Assembly (NCBI RefSeq): GCF_054482525.1
Contig: NZ_CM137006.1
Length of the DNA: 64,000 bases
Reading direction: 5' to 3' (one strand)
Shown: piece by piece, positions 28,788-40,733 of the stretch
Numbering within the stretch: position 1 is the first letter of the stretch
How the letters are laid out: every line of letters starts with the position of its first letter
The notes under the pieces: generated by a model
Databases searched by the model: none
The model's input: only the letters and a program-made list of their open reading frames with translations
Told to the model about the DNA's origin: nothing
Program-made: the position numbers and the translations under genes

Positions 28788-28813
28788 GCCCGCCGGTTCA
28801 GGCGGGCTTTTTT
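28788..28813 (+). terminator. intrinsic terminator after lom
   Basis: gcccgcc-ggttca-ggcgggc + TTTTTT. Confidence 0.7.
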
Positions 28814-28818
28814 GTGGA

Positions 28819-31224
28819 GTGGATATGGCAGCAGTAAAAATCTCAGGTGTGCTGAAAGATGGTGCGGGAAAACCAATACAGAACTGCACTATTCAACTGA
28901 AGGCAAAGCGTAACAGCACCACGGTACTGGTGAACACGGTGGCCTCTGAAAATCCGGATGAAGCCGGGCGTTACAGCATGGATGTTGAGTATGGCCAGTA
29001 CAGCGTCATCCTGCTGGTTGAAGGTTTTCCGCCTTCACATGCCGGGACCATTACCGTCTATGAAGGCTCCAGACCAGGTACGCTGAATGATTTTCTCGGT
29101 GCCATGACGGAAGATGATGTCATGCCGGAGGCATTGCGTCGTTTTGAGGAAATGGTGGAAGAAGCGGCACGCAACGCTGAAGCCGCCTCTCAGAGCGCAG
29201 CGGCGGCAAAGAAATCAGAAACTGCAGCGGCATCATCGAAGAACGCGGCGAAAACCTCAGAAACGAATGCAGCTAACAGCGCACAGGCGGCAGCGGCCTC
29301 ACAGACTGCATCAGCAAACTCCGCGACAGCAGCCAAAAAATCAGAAACCAACGCGAAAAATAGCGAGACAGCCGCAAAGACGAGCGAAACCAACGCAAAG
29401 TCCAGCCAGACGGCAGCGAAAACCAGCGAAACGAATGCCAAAGCCAGTGAAACTGCGGCAAAAAACAGCCAGGTTGCAGCAGCCCAAAGCGAGAGCGCGG
29501 CAGCCGGTTCTGCGACTTCAGCAGCTGGATCAGCAACTGCTGCGGCTAACAGCCAGAAAGCTGCGAAGACGAGTGAAACTAACGCAAAGTCCAGCCAGAC
29601 GGCAGCGAAGACCAGCGAAACGAATGCCAAAGCCAGCGAAACTGCGGCGAAAAACAGTCAGGATGCAGCAGCCCAAAGCGAGAGTGCTGCAGCTGGTTCT
29701 GCAAGCGCGGCGGCTGCTTCTGCCACTGCATCAGCCAACAGTCAAAAAGCAGCAAAAACCAGTGAAACCAATGCAAAGACAAGCGAGACTGCAGCGGCGA
29801 ACTCGGCGAAAGCATCGGCAGCAAGCCAGACAGCAGCTAAAGCAAGTGAAGACGCAGCCAGAGAGTATGCAAGTCAGGCAGCAGAGCCGTATAAATATGT
29901 CTTACAGCCACTGCCTGATGTGTGGATACCGTTTAACGATTCACTGGATATGATTACGGGCTTTTCGCCGTCATATAAAAAAATTGTTATTGGTGATGAT
30001 GAAATAACGATGCCTGGCGACAAGGTTGTTAAGTTTAAACGCGCATCAACTGCCACATATATCAATAAATCAGGCGTATTTAGTGTTGCTAAAATTGATG
30101 AGCCACGATTTGAAAAAGAAGGTTTATTGATTGAAGGACAGCGCACTAACTATTTTGTTAAATCCAATACTCCCGCTGAATGGACGAGTACCAGCAATAT
30201 CGATAAAACTAATAATGGTGTTGATGAATTTGGTTTTTCATATGCCAAAATGCGAACAAAAGATAATATGACAGGACAATCATCTGCACTTAGTCTGCAT
30301 ACATGCAGTGCATCCCGGGGGATTGATGTTAGTGGCGATAATAAGTATTGCACTGTTTCATGCAGGGTTAAAGCTCCTGATGGTCTTCGTTGTCGTTTGC
30401 GTTTTGAAAAATACGATGGGTCGGTTTATACATTTTTAGGAGATGCTTATTTAACTTTCGGAACTCTGATAATAGAAAAAACTGGCGGAGCAGCCAATAG
30501 AATAGCAGCTACTGCAACTAAAGATCCGGTTACAGGGTGGATTTTCTATGAGGCAACTATAGAAGCTGTTGAAGGTGAAACCTTAATTGGCGCAATGATT
30601 CAGTATGCGCCGAAAAAAGGTGGTATAACTGAAGCGGGAGATTATATTTACCTTGCAACACCACAATTTGAAAACGGCGGATGTGCTTCATCTTTTGTTA
30701 TTACGACAACTGCACCCGCAACCCGCTCCAGTGATATGGTGACGATCCCAACTGAAAATAATATCTATAATAGACCGCTTACGTGTCTTGTCGAGGTTAA
30801 TAGAAATTGGGGCGATATTCCTCCTAATGTAGCACCGCGTATTTTTGATTTTTCTGGTGTGCCACCTATTGAGTCAATTACATACGCTTTTAACACAACT
30901 GAGAAATATTACGGTCAGCTTTATATGCAGACTTATAAAGCGTCGACAAGTACTTACGTTTCTAGTGTGTTTGCTGGTCGAACTGATGTTCGAAAATTCA
31001 TTGGTGGTTTTAATATTTATTCTGATGGTACTAAACGAGTAGTTTCTAACGGTGAGGCTACTAAAACTATGAAAACGGAGTGGACGGGCGTAAAAACACG
31101 GACCTTTATTCGAATTGGAGGTCAAGCCACATCGGGAACTCGTCATCTATTCGGCCATTTGAGAAATCTTCGTCTCTGGCATAAAGAATTAACTGATGCG
31201 CAAATGGGGGAGAGTATTAAATGA
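28819..31224 (+). CDS. stf: side tail fiber (lambda Stf-like N-terminus, Ala/Ser/Thr-rich repeat shaft, divergent AT-rich C-terminal receptor-binding region)
   Basis: First ~120 aa nearly identical in pattern to lambda Stf (MAVKISGVLKDGAGKP...EGFPPSHAGTITVYE); repeat shaft at 29150-29870; C-terminal half has low GC. Confidence 0.85.
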   Translation: MDMAAVKISGVLKDGAGKPIQNCTIQLKAKRNSTTVLVNTVASENPDEAGRYSMDVEYGQYSVILLVEGFPPSHAGTITVYEGSRPGTLNDFLGAMTEDDVMPEALRRFEEMVEEAARNAEAASQSAAAAKKSETAAASSKNAAKTSETNAANSAQAAAASQTASANSATAAKKSETNAKNSETAAKTSETNAKSSQTAAKTSETNAKASETAAKNSQVAAAQSESAAAGSATSAAGSATAAANSQKAAKTSETNAKSSQTAAKTSETNAKASETAAKNSQDAAAQSESAAAGSASAAAASATASANSQKAAKTSETNAKTSETAAANSAKASAASQTAAKASEDAAREYASQAAEPYKYVLQPLPDVWIPFNDSLDMITGFSPSYKKIVIGDDEITMPGDKVVKFKRASTATYINKSGVFSVAKIDEPRFEKEGLLIEGQRTNYFVKSNTPAEWTSTSNIDKTNNGVDEFGFSYAKMRTKDNMTGQSSALSLHTCSASRGIDVSGDNKYCTVSCRVKAPDGLRCRLRFEKYDGSVYTFLGDAYLTFGTLIIEKTGGAANRIAATATKDPVTGWIFYEATIEAVEGETLIGAMIQYAPKKGGITEAGDYIYLATPQFENGGCASSFVITTTAPATRSSDMVTIPTENNIYNRPLTCLVEVNRNWGDIPPNVAPRIFDFSGVPPIESITYAFNTTEKYYGQLYMQTYKASTSTYVSSVFAGRTDVRKFIGGFNIYSDGTKRVVSNGEATKTMKTEWTGVKTRTFIRIGGQATSGTRHLFGHLRNLRLWHKELTDAQMGESIK
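29376..29759 (+). repeat. perfect-frame 192-bp tandem duplication (2 copies, ~92% identical) inside stf
   Basis: aagacgagcgaaaccaacgcaaagtccagccagacggcagcgaa... repeated at 29376-29567 and 29568-29759. Confidence 0.8.
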
Positions 31225-31502
31225 AAGATTTAACACTCAAATTTGCAGACAGGGCCGACTTTTCGGCCTTTATGGAGAGCATTGGCTATTATGATGACGA
31301 GTCGATGCAGGATGATATTCTTATTGACGTGATAGGTAATGTGTACAAAGAAACCGGAGAACTTACTGAAGATGGCGAGCCGGTATGTGTTAAGGAGGAC
31401 GGATATTTTGTAAACGTGCGCATCATTAATGATTCGCAAATATCGTCATTATTCGATGAATACGCGGTTGCTGTTGAGCATCAACTTCGTGGCTGGATGT
31501 GA
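31221..31502 (+). CDS. hypothetical acidic protein (93 aa) between the two fiber genes
   Basis: Start overlaps the stf stop; not Tfa-like. Confidence 0.4.
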   Translation: MKDLTLKFADRADFSAFMESIGYYDDESMQDDILIDVIGNVYKETGELTEDGEPVCVKEDGYFVNVRIINDSQISSLFDEYAVAVEHQLRGWM

Positions 31503-31511
31503 GGAAGGAAA

Positions 31512-32552
31512 ATGGCTACATCGACAGTAATTCCTGATGATATCAAAACGCTAAAATCCGACGTTAGCAAATTAAAAAACGATCAAGGGAGCTACGCAAC
31601 AAAATCATATGTAGACAATAAAACAACATGGAATAGTTATTGCAATGTAATCTATGATCAAAAGACATTGCCGACCACTGGAACTATATTTAGCGGTAAG
31701 ATTCACTTGTCAAATAAGACAGGAGAAACCGAAAACGCTTATAGTGAGATGTACACCAGAAAAAATATTGACGGTACAAAAGATACAATGACAAGGATTG
31801 TCACACACAATGGAACAAAAGGTATCTTTTGGGATTTTAGCGATCTTTACGGCGGAACATTAATTTTTCCAGGCAGTGATGGTTACCTTAAGATGGGGAA
31901 CTGTCTCATGTCGTATGGTGTGCGGGGAAGTAACGCGCTTATTAAGTTTGACTGCACAGACACATTACAAATCAAATATGCCAATCATGGGTCAACCATG
32001 ACATTAAACACACAGGGGACCGCTCATTCTGGCGCTACTACTAGTTTGTGGGGTAACTCTACCCGTCCGGTTGTATATGAAGTTGGTGCTGATGGTGGCG
32101 CGTATATGTTCTATGCGCAGAAAAATACCGATAACACCTATATGTTAAGCGTTAATGGTGCATGTCATGCCACCGCATTTAACCAGCATTCCGACCGGGA
32201 TCTGAAAGACAACATTCAGGTGATCGATAATGCAACCGACCGCATCCGTAAAATGAACGGCTATACATACACGCTTAAAGAAAACGGTATGCCCTATGCA
32301 GGTGTCATTGCACAGGAAGCTCTGGAAGCAATCCCAGAAGTTGTAGGTTCCGCAATGAAATATCAGGACGGTGCAAGCGGATCGGAAGGTGAAGAAGGTG
32401 AACGTTATTACACAGTAGATTATTCTGGTGTTACTGGCTTGCTTGTTCAGGTAGCCAGAGAGTCAGACGACAGAATAACAGTACTGGAAGAAGAAAACGC
32501 AGAATTAAGGCAAAGATTATCTGCAATTGAGGCGACGCTTGCGTCTAAATAA
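31512..32552 (+). CDS. second tail fiber / tailspike protein with a C-terminal intramolecular chaperone (peptidase S74-like) domain
   Basis: C-terminal ...FNQHSDRDLKDNIQVIDNATDRIRKMNGYTYTLKENGMPYAGVIAQE... matches the auto-cleaving chaperone domain of endosialidase/L-shaped fibers; terminal coiled coil. Confidence 0.7.
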   Translation: MATSTVIPDDIKTLKSDVSKLKNDQGSYATKSYVDNKTTWNSYCNVIYDQKTLPTTGTIFSGKIHLSNKTGETENAYSEMYTRKNIDGTKDTMTRIVTHNGTKGIFWDFSDLYGGTLIFPGSDGYLKMGNCLMSYGVRGSNALIKFDCTDTLQIKYANHGSTMTLNTQGTAHSGATTSLWGNSTRPVVYEVGADGGAYMFYAQKNTDNTYMLSVNGACHATAFNQHSDRDLKDNIQVIDNATDRIRKMNGYTYTLKENGMPYAGVIAQEALEAIPEVVGSAMKYQDGASGSEGEEGERYYTVDYSGVTGLLVQVARESDDRITVLEEENAELRQRLSAIEATLASK

Positions 32553-32593
32553 TATTAAGGGCTATGCGCCCCGTTTTATTGGGTAGGATGAAA

Positions 32594-32881
32594 ATGGATA
32601 TAACACCTTTTCTTCATGCGCTTTGTGCTGTGGCTGCGCAGGTACTGGTTGGTTTTTTTACCGGAAACTGGGCTTACGGGGCGATAGCCGGTTGTACATT
32701 CTTCATTGCGCGGGAACACACCCAGGCAGAATATCGCTGGATTGAAATGTTCGGGCATGGCAAGCGGATTAACATGCCGTGGTGGGGCGGTTTTGATCCA
32801 CGTGCATGGGATGTGGCAAGCCTGATGGATTTTGCTGTGCCGGTGGTGGCGTGTCTGCTGATCTGGATGTTGATCCGTTAA
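32594..32881 (+). CDS. small inner-membrane protein; start uncertain (32564 or 32594)
   Basis: Three hydrophobic segments; last ORF before the attachment site. Confidence 0.4.
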   Translation: MDITPFLHALCAVAAQVLVGFFTGNWAYGAIAGCTFFIAREHTQAEYRWIEMFGHGKRINMPWWGGFDPRAWDVASLMDFAVPVVACLLIWMLIR

Positions 32882-33228
32882 ATATAAAAAGTAAAAAGCC
32901 GCAGTAACTTGTCATGATAGGATACTGCGGCTGGCTGGTTAACTTTCGATAGTGCGAGTATTGAATGATTTCCAGCCGTTACCGATTTTATATAACTGCA
33001 GTGGAATTATTCAACACACAGGCAAAACGGAATAAGCTGAGAAAAAAGCGTGCTTACCCAATCTGGGGTAAATCACGTCTGAATGACACCTGAAAACAGG
33101 TGGTGGCCTCAAGAAGGCTTGGAATATTCTTCTTTAATGTTATGTAATTTATTGATTTTTCGTGTACGATTTTAAGACATTTATTCCAAGAAAAATTTTT
33201 AACTCTTTGATTTTTCGACTCTGTATCA

Positions 33229-33291
33229 TCGGTCTCGAAAACCGGAGTAGGGGCAACTCTACCGGGGGTTCAAATCCCCCTCTCTCCGCCA
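33229..33291 (+). other. attR: 61-nt copy of the 3' end of tRNA-Ser serU (anticodon CGA), not a complete tRNA
   Basis: ggtctCGAaaaccggagtaggggcaactctaccgggggttcaaatccccctctctccgcca matches serU from the anticodon stem to the 3' end; the sequence immediately upstream does not match the 5' half of the tRNA. Confidence 0.75.
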
Positions 33292-33960
33292 CTTTATCAA
33301 TGACTTATCTCCCGACTTCCCGCCTTGCTTTTCCTAAACAGAACAATCGTAGAATATTCTTGAAGGGTTAGATCGTCACTGTTTTCTGTTCGATACTGTG
33401 ACATTCAGCACTTGATTCGCTATGGATCTGACAGGAAGGTCTCGAGCGAAAATCTGCAGTTATTCAGTCGTTTTCTTATCGGTCACCATTATTCTTTTAG
33501 ACATTGATCCTACGAAGCTGCCGCAAAGTTGGTGGTGGGAACTGAATTTGCGTAGAGAAGGGGTCAATAATTGAGCCAAAAAAGGAACGCGGCCGTCAGA
33601 TTAAAGCCGCGGGACAAAGTCCATAATTTCCAAGAGTTGTTGAATTTCCCAGCTTTTTTGAAAGCCTTTGTATCATACTAACAAGTAAAAAAGGTTTAAA
33701 TACCAAAATTAACCTATATTTCTGGTTAGCTTTACCATGACAGATGACTTGCTCCTGGAGACATTGGCGCAGCCAGTCTGTATTGGTGAGTTGTGTATTT
33801 ATTGTTCGCCGTTTTCTCAGTTTTTTTCTACAGACATAATAAAAAAGACACGTCTCAAGCATGAGCGTGTCTGAGTTTGTCTTATTTATTTGTCTTGGTA
33901 AATTATTGTCGTTACTACCAGGCACTGTTCTGTTAAATAATTGAAGTCAGCGCAAAAAAA

Positions 33961-34611
33961 TCAATGAGACATCATTTCCTCGACCACTTCTTCGCTACTC
34001 AACTGATATGGATAATACGTTGGCCAGTTTTCCATTTCATTTAATAAAGATTGCTGTGAATCATTACCCATAAAAATGTGAAAATGAGATGATTTTCGTG
34101 GTGCAATTATATGATCGCTAAATTGTATATATTTAGGGGCTTTGCTTTTAGGATCTTTACATTCGAATAAGTAACGAACGCCTTTCTTGCCTGATTTATA
34201 GGTGAGTATTTTGTATCCATCGTAATCATATTTACAGGATGTTGTTTCATTATTTCTATGGAATTCAACAATGCCGTCCTCAATGCCAATCATCTCGATA
34301 TCTGTCACATAACCTTTGCGATAATAATCTTTAATTTCAGCAAATGTTTTAGTTTTATCTGCATCCGCTTTCTTCTGAAAGACGGGGTCAAGTTTGCCAC
34401 TTTGCAGTAAAGGATAAACGGATTGCCAGACTCCATCCCAGTCACTGAGCGTTCGGTTTTGTACATTGGCATCATCAAAAACACCATTAGCAGCTTTTTG
34501 TTCGACCTCTGTTAAGGGTTTGCCGTGTGAGTGATGACCATGCGAAAAGGCAGGAGCGCTAACAATAAAGACACCTAAAGCAACAGCCAGTTTATGAAGA
34601 CGAATCGCCAA
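33961..34611 (-). CDS. zinT: zinc/cadmium-binding periplasmic protein ZinT (YodA)
   Basis: 216 aa, signal peptide then HGHHSHG; intrinsic terminator on the minus strand at 33836-33871. Confidence 0.85.
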   Translation of the reverse strand: MAIRLHKLAVALGVFIVSAPAFSHGHHSHGKPLTEVEQKAANGVFDDANVQNRTLSDWDGVWQSVYPLLQSGKLDPVFQKKADADKTKTFAEIKDYYRKGYVTDIEMIGIEDGIVEFHRNNETTSCKYDYDGYKILTYKSGKKGVRYLFECKDPKSKAPKYIQFSDHIIAPRKSSHFHIFMGNDSQQSLLNEMENWPTYYPYQLSSEEVVEEMMSH

Positions 34612-34819
34612 AACAGTTTCCTCCAGAGTTAATGTATATGATGTGTAATGTTATATTGTAACACATAAAAAAATGCAACAACTCTTAGGAGACAAGAGAA
34701 TAGTTCTCTCAGGTGTGCTTATCTATCTTATTGAAATAAAATAAATTATGTCGATGATTTGAGGTTGATGACAAACGAAACATAACCTAATGCGATCTGT
34801 GTATGCCGGATAAGGCGCT

Positions 34820-35574
<755 letters not shown>

Positions 35575-35678
35575 ATCAGCATACTTGTCCTTAGCCTTCT
35601 GCAGTGACAGCTGGTAGTACAGCGTGCTTCTGGCCAGCCCTGCAGCCTTTAACAGGTCAGACTGGCAGTGTCCGCACC

Positions 35679-36209
35679 TCAGGCTCCGGATGACTTTCGT
35701 TTTTTCTCCAGCTCCTGGCGCTTTTTTTCCAGGAGATGCTCCTGCATGGCTTTCAGATATGCATTTTCTGCGCGAAGATAACGCAGCTCATTCTTCATCT
35801 CTTCCGGCGTCATGTTTGCCTCGTTTTCATGGGTATCATCAGAACGGGTCATGCTTTTCTCCTTCCTGCGCCTGATAAAGGCCTCATTACCAGATTTGCG
35901 GTAGCCTTTTATCCAGTTTTTAACCGTGTTGTGGCTGGGAATGTTAAACCGGGCAGCTACCCGGGGTAGAGACTCAGAATGCCCGAGAGCATAAAGAACC
36001 ACGCAAAGTTTATCTTCAGGAGAATAGCTACGCTTGTGTCTGCAATCCAGTGCCCGAGGACCGTGAAGAAGAAAAAGATTAATCCAGTGTGAGAGGCTGG
36101 TGTGAGAAAGTTGAAAGAGTTTTGCCGTAGAAATGATGCCTGCATGACCAGCCAGGTAATGATTTACAGCGGCAAGTTTTACTTCAAATGAATGTTTCAT
36201 AAACTGCAC
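35679..36209 (-). CDS. insJ: IS150 orfA (HTH + leucine zipper)
   Basis: MQFMKHSFEVKLAAVNHYLAGHAGI...; IS3-family OrfA. Confidence 0.8.
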   Translation of the reverse strand: MQFMKHSFEVKLAAVNHYLAGHAGIISTAKLFQLSHTSLSHWINLFLLHGPRALDCRHKRSYSPEDKLCVVLYALGHSESLPRVAARFNIPSHNTVKNWIKGYRKSGNEAFIRRRKEKSMTRSDDTHENEANMTPEEMKNELRYLRAENAYLKAMQEHLLEKKRQELEKKRKSSGA

Positions 36210-36302
36210 CTTCAGATGTCAGATTATGTCCAACATTTGGGGTGCAGTTCAGCTCGCGCCGCATCCGGCAGGGATAACGCGTACTTTGTCGGCAATATGA
36301 AG

Positions 36303-36938
36303 TTATAGAGATAATTTGTTGTGAACCTGCTTGCGTAACCGGTTGAAAAGGGAAAGCAACTTCTTATACCGTAAGGCTAAAAGCAGTACCGCCAGCCCAG
36401 CGTAGATGAGTGGCTGCGGTGAAATAATCTTCACTGACCACAGATAATGTATTGGGGCCAGGATCACGACAAGATAGACGAAGTTATGCAACTGTTGCCA
36501 GTGTTTGCCGAGTTTTCGCTGCATCGCCTGGGTTGAAGTGAACGCTAAAGCAAGCAAAATAACCCAGCTGATAATTCCTAACGTTAAATAAGGCCGGGTA
36601 ATTAACTCCTTGCCTAATAACGCCAGATTATTCACGCCCAGCTCCAGTAATGCGTAACTGGTTAAATGCAGTGTCGCCCAGGCAAAGCACCATAAGCCTA
36701 ACAGGCGGCGAGTGCGTATCAATAACGGCTGTTTTGCGTAGCGTGCCAGAGGTGTGATTAACAAGGCCGCCAGCAAAAATTTCAGTGCAGTGCGACCAGT
36801 AAAATGCTGAATATCTTTCACCGGATCGGCACCCAATCCACCGTGATTAATCGCCCAGACCAGCCAGAGAAACGGCAACAATCCGGCAAGATGCAGGCAA
36901 ACTTTCAGCCATGTCACCTGTTTTGCTGTCAGACGCAT
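36303..36938 (-). CDS. msrQ: methionine sulfoxide reductase heme-binding subunit MsrQ (YedZ)
   Basis: 211-aa membrane protein; stop/start adjacent to msrP. Confidence 0.85.
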   Translation of the reverse strand: MRLTAKQVTWLKVCLHLAGLLPFLWLVWAINHGGLGADPVKDIQHFTGRTALKFLLAALLITPLARYAKQPLLIRTRRLLGLWCFAWATLHLTSYALLELGVNNLALLGKELITRPYLTLGIISWVILLALAFTSTQAMQRKLGKHWQQLHNFVYLVVILAPIHYLWSVKIISPQPLIYAGLAVLLLALRYKKLLSLFNRLRKQVHNKLSL

Positions 36939-37949
<1,011 letters not shown>

Positions 37950-38051
37950 TCACACTTTTTTGTCTTTAGCCAGCAAGAGCCGTTTACTGTTAATCTGTCA
38001 GGGAGTGTCCTCCCTAACAGTAGCAGAGATCTGCTTTTACATATTTATGCA

Positions 38052-38465
38052 TTAACTGCCACGATAGGTTGAATACCCATATTGGCTAAGTAATAAAGGC
38101 ACATGATAATGCTCGTTCACTTTATTAATATGAAATTCAACGGGGATCTCAGGGAAGAGACTTTCAAGATTTTGTTTCTTGAAATAGTCCCCGGTTTTAA
38201 ATACGACACGGTAATCGCCCGTAGTTGCAGTTTGCTCGGGCCACAGTGCCTTAATTCGTCCATCCTTATCTGTTTTGGCGGTATTAAGTTGTAACCAGCC
38301 GTTATCCGCTTTCTTTTCAAGAGTGACTGTCACGTCGGCAGCGGGTTTTCCTGTTTGCTGGTTCAAAATATGCACGCTAAGAATGTTTTGTTGTGCAGCA
38401 TAGACCAAAGAAGGTAATGAAAATGCAGCCGTTACTACGGAGAGTACTAAATAACGCTTTAACAT
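38052..38465 (-). CDS. hiuH: 5-hydroxyisourate hydrolase (transthyretin-like) HiuH
   Basis: 137 aa with signal peptide; C-terminal YRGS. Confidence 0.85.
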   Translation of the reverse strand: MLKRYLVLSVVTAAFSLPSLVYAAQQNILSVHILNQQTGKPAADVTVTLEKKADNGWLQLNTAKTDKDGRIKALWPEQTATTGDYRVVFKTGDYFKKQNLESLFPEIPVEFHINKVNEHYHVPLLLSQYGYSTYRGS

Positions 38466-38597
38466 GTTTATATCCTTGTCATGTGAATGAGTTTTGAGGA
38501 TAGCGAAAAAGCGTCCAGGGTAACCTTACAGAAGCATTACAATTTTGTAATGAACCAGGCTGTTTCTATAACATATGATTTATGGCATATTATTTTC

Positions 38598-39269
38598 ATG
38601 AAGATTCTACTTATTGAAGATAATCAAAGGACCCAGGAATGGGTAACGCAGGGGCTTTCAGAAGCGGGTTATGTCATTGATGCCGTTACTGATGGCAGAG
38701 ACGGGCTTTATCTTGCGCTGAAGGATGATTATGCATTGATCATTCTGGATATTATGCTTCCGGGTATGGATGGCTGGCAGATCTTACAAACGTTAAGAAC
38801 GGCAAAGCAAACTCCTGTTATTTGCCTTACTGCAAGAGATTCTGTCGATGACAGAGTCAGAGGGCTGGACAGTGGGGCAAATGATTATCTGGTAAAACCT
38901 TTTTCATTTTCTGAGTTGCTGGCAAGGGTTCGGGCACAATTAAGGCAACATTACGCTTTGAATTCAACATTAGAAATCAGCGGCTTAAGAATGGACTCTG
39001 TTAGTCAAAGTGTGAGCAGGGACAATATCAGTATTACACTGACGCGCAAGGAGTTTCAGTTACTTTGGCTACTGGCCTCCAGAGCTGGCGAAATTATACC
39101 CAGAACGGTTATTGCGAGTGAAATTTGGGGAATCAACTTTGATAGTGATACCAATACGGTGGATGTCGCCATTCGCAGGCTCCGCGCAAAAGTTGATGAT
39201 CCTTTTCCTGAAAAGCTAATCGCCACAATCCGGGGGATGGGCTATTCATTCGTAGCGGTAAAAAAATAA
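38598..39269 (+). CDS. hprR: two-component response regulator HprR (YedW)
   Basis: MKILLIEDN...; OmpR-family receiver plus winged helix; the internal Met at 38598 gives the K-12 length of 223 aa. Confidence 0.85.
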   Translation: MKILLIEDNQRTQEWVTQGLSEAGYVIDAVTDGRDGLYLALKDDYALIILDIMLPGMDGWQILQTLRTAKQTPVICLTARDSVDDRVRGLDSGANDYLVKPFSFSELLARVRAQLRQHYALNSTLEISGLRMDSVSQSVSRDNISITLTRKEFQLLWLLASRAGEIIPRTVIASEIWGINFDSDTNTVDVAIRRLRAKVDDPFPEKLIATIRGMGYSFVAVKK

Positions 39270-40627
39270 TGAAAAGATTATCTATAACCGTCCGTTTAAC
39301 CTTGCTTTTTATATTGCTGCTGTCTGTTGCTGGCGCTGGAATTGTATGGACTCTCTATAATGGCCTGGCAAGTGAGTTGAAATGGCGCGATGATACAACA
39401 CTCATTAACCGGACAGCGCAGATCAAGCAGTTGTTAATTGATGGGGTAAATCCAGATACGTTACCTGTGTACTTTAACCGGATGATGGATGTTAGTCAGG
39501 ATATCTTGATCATTCATGGTGATAGCATCAACAAAATTGTTAACCGGACGAATGTCAGTGATGACATGTTAAATAACATACCTGCTACTGAGACAATCAG
39601 CGCAGCTGGCATTTACAGAAGCATTATTAATGATACAGAGATAGATGCTTTACGAATTAATATTGATGAAGTTTCGCCATCATTAACGGTTACTGTGGCT
39701 AAATTGGCTTCAGCCAGACATAACATGCTTGAACAGTATAAAATTAATAGCATTATAATTTGCATTGTCGCCATTATACTTTGCTCAGTATTAAGTCCGT
39801 TGTTAATCAGAACGGGGTTACGAGAGATCAAAAAGTTGAGTGGTGTAACGGAAGCGCTGAATTATAACGATAACCGGGAGCCTGTTGAGGTTAGCGCATT
39901 ACCGAGAGAACTAAAACCTCTTGGGCAGGCGTTGAATAAAATGCACCAAGCCTTAGTCAAAGATTTTGAACGCCTAAGTCAATTTGCTGACGATCTCGCT
40001 CATGAACTTAGAACACCAATTAATGCATTACTGGGTCAGAATCAGGTTACGCTCAGTCAAACCAGAAGTATCGCTGAATATCAAAAAACAATTGCCGGAA
40101 ACATTGAAGAGCTGGAAAATATTTCGCGGTTAACAGAGAACATACTGTTTCTTGCCAGGGCAGATAAAAACAATGTTTTGGTGAAACTGGATTCGCTTTC
40201 TCTCAATAAGGAAGTCGAAAATTTGTTGGACTATCTTGAATACCTTTCAGACGAGAAAGAGATTTACTTTAAGGTCGAGTGCAATCAGCAAATTTTTGCG
40301 GATAAAATTTTACTGCAACGAATGTTATCGAATCTTATTGTTAACGCTATTCGATATTCACCAGAAAAATCGCGCATTCAGATAACCAGTTTTCTTGATA
40401 CCAACGGTTCTCTTAATATTGATATCGCCAGTCCTGGAACGAAAATTCATGAGCCTGAAAAACTCTTCCGTAGATTTTGGCGGGGAGATAATTCGCGTCA
40501 TTCCGTAGGTCAGGGACTTGGTCTTTCTTTAGTCAAAGCGATTGCCGAATTGCATGGGGGAAGTGCTACGTATCACTATCTCAATAAGCATAATGTGTTC
40601 CGGATTACGTTACCGCAAAGAAATTAA
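39269..40627 (+). CDS. hprS: sensor histidine kinase HprS (YedV)
   Basis: 452 aa; two TM segments, HAMP, H-box HELRTP, ATPase domain. Confidence 0.85.
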   Translation: MKRLSITVRLTLLFILLLSVAGAGIVWTLYNGLASELKWRDDTTLINRTAQIKQLLIDGVNPDTLPVYFNRMMDVSQDILIIHGDSINKIVNRTNVSDDMLNNIPATETISAAGIYRSIINDTEIDALRINIDEVSPSLTVTVAKLASARHNMLEQYKINSIIICIVAIILCSVLSPLLIRTGLREIKKLSGVTEALNYNDNREPVEVSALPRELKPLGQALNKMHQALVKDFERLSQFADDLAHELRTPINALLGQNQVTLSQTRSIAEYQKTIAGNIEELENISRLTENILFLARADKNNVLVKLDSLSLNKEVENLLDYLEYLSDEKEIYFKVECNQQIFADKILLQRMLSNLIVNAIRYSPEKSRIQITSFLDTNGSLNIDIASPGTKIHEPEKLFRRFWRGDNSRHSVGQGLGLSLVKAIAELHGGSATYHYLNKHNVFRITLPQRN

Positions 40628-40733
40628 CATAGGGCTTCAGTACGCCATAAATTAACCGTGAAAAACGCAGCCACGTCGTGAGTACTAACGCGGCTGCGAT
40701 TGATTATGTGCTTACATTCAAACGTAACAGGGA

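Noticed and set aside
29150-29870. Short periodic direct repeats that could be mistaken for a CRISPR array
   Set aside because: The repeats are coding (in-frame heptad-like protein repeats of the fiber shaft), imperfect, without unique spacers and with no cas genes nearby
29114-29953. 279-aa plus-strand ORF and several 80-150-aa minus-strand ORFs inside stf
   Set aside because: Out-of-frame readings of the Ala/Ser/Thr repeat region (Arg/Gln-rich or Ala/Phe-rich nonsense); artefacts of repetitive sequence
33162-33371. 69-aa ORF spanning the serU fragment
   Set aside because: Its translation reads through a tRNA-derived att sequence; no SD; explained by attR
33736-33876. 46-codon plus-strand ORF (MTDDLLLETLAQPVCIGELCIYC...) downstream of zinT
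   Set aside because: Overlaps the zinT terminator hairpin, has no SD and is too short to assess; kept only as a note in the att-flank finding
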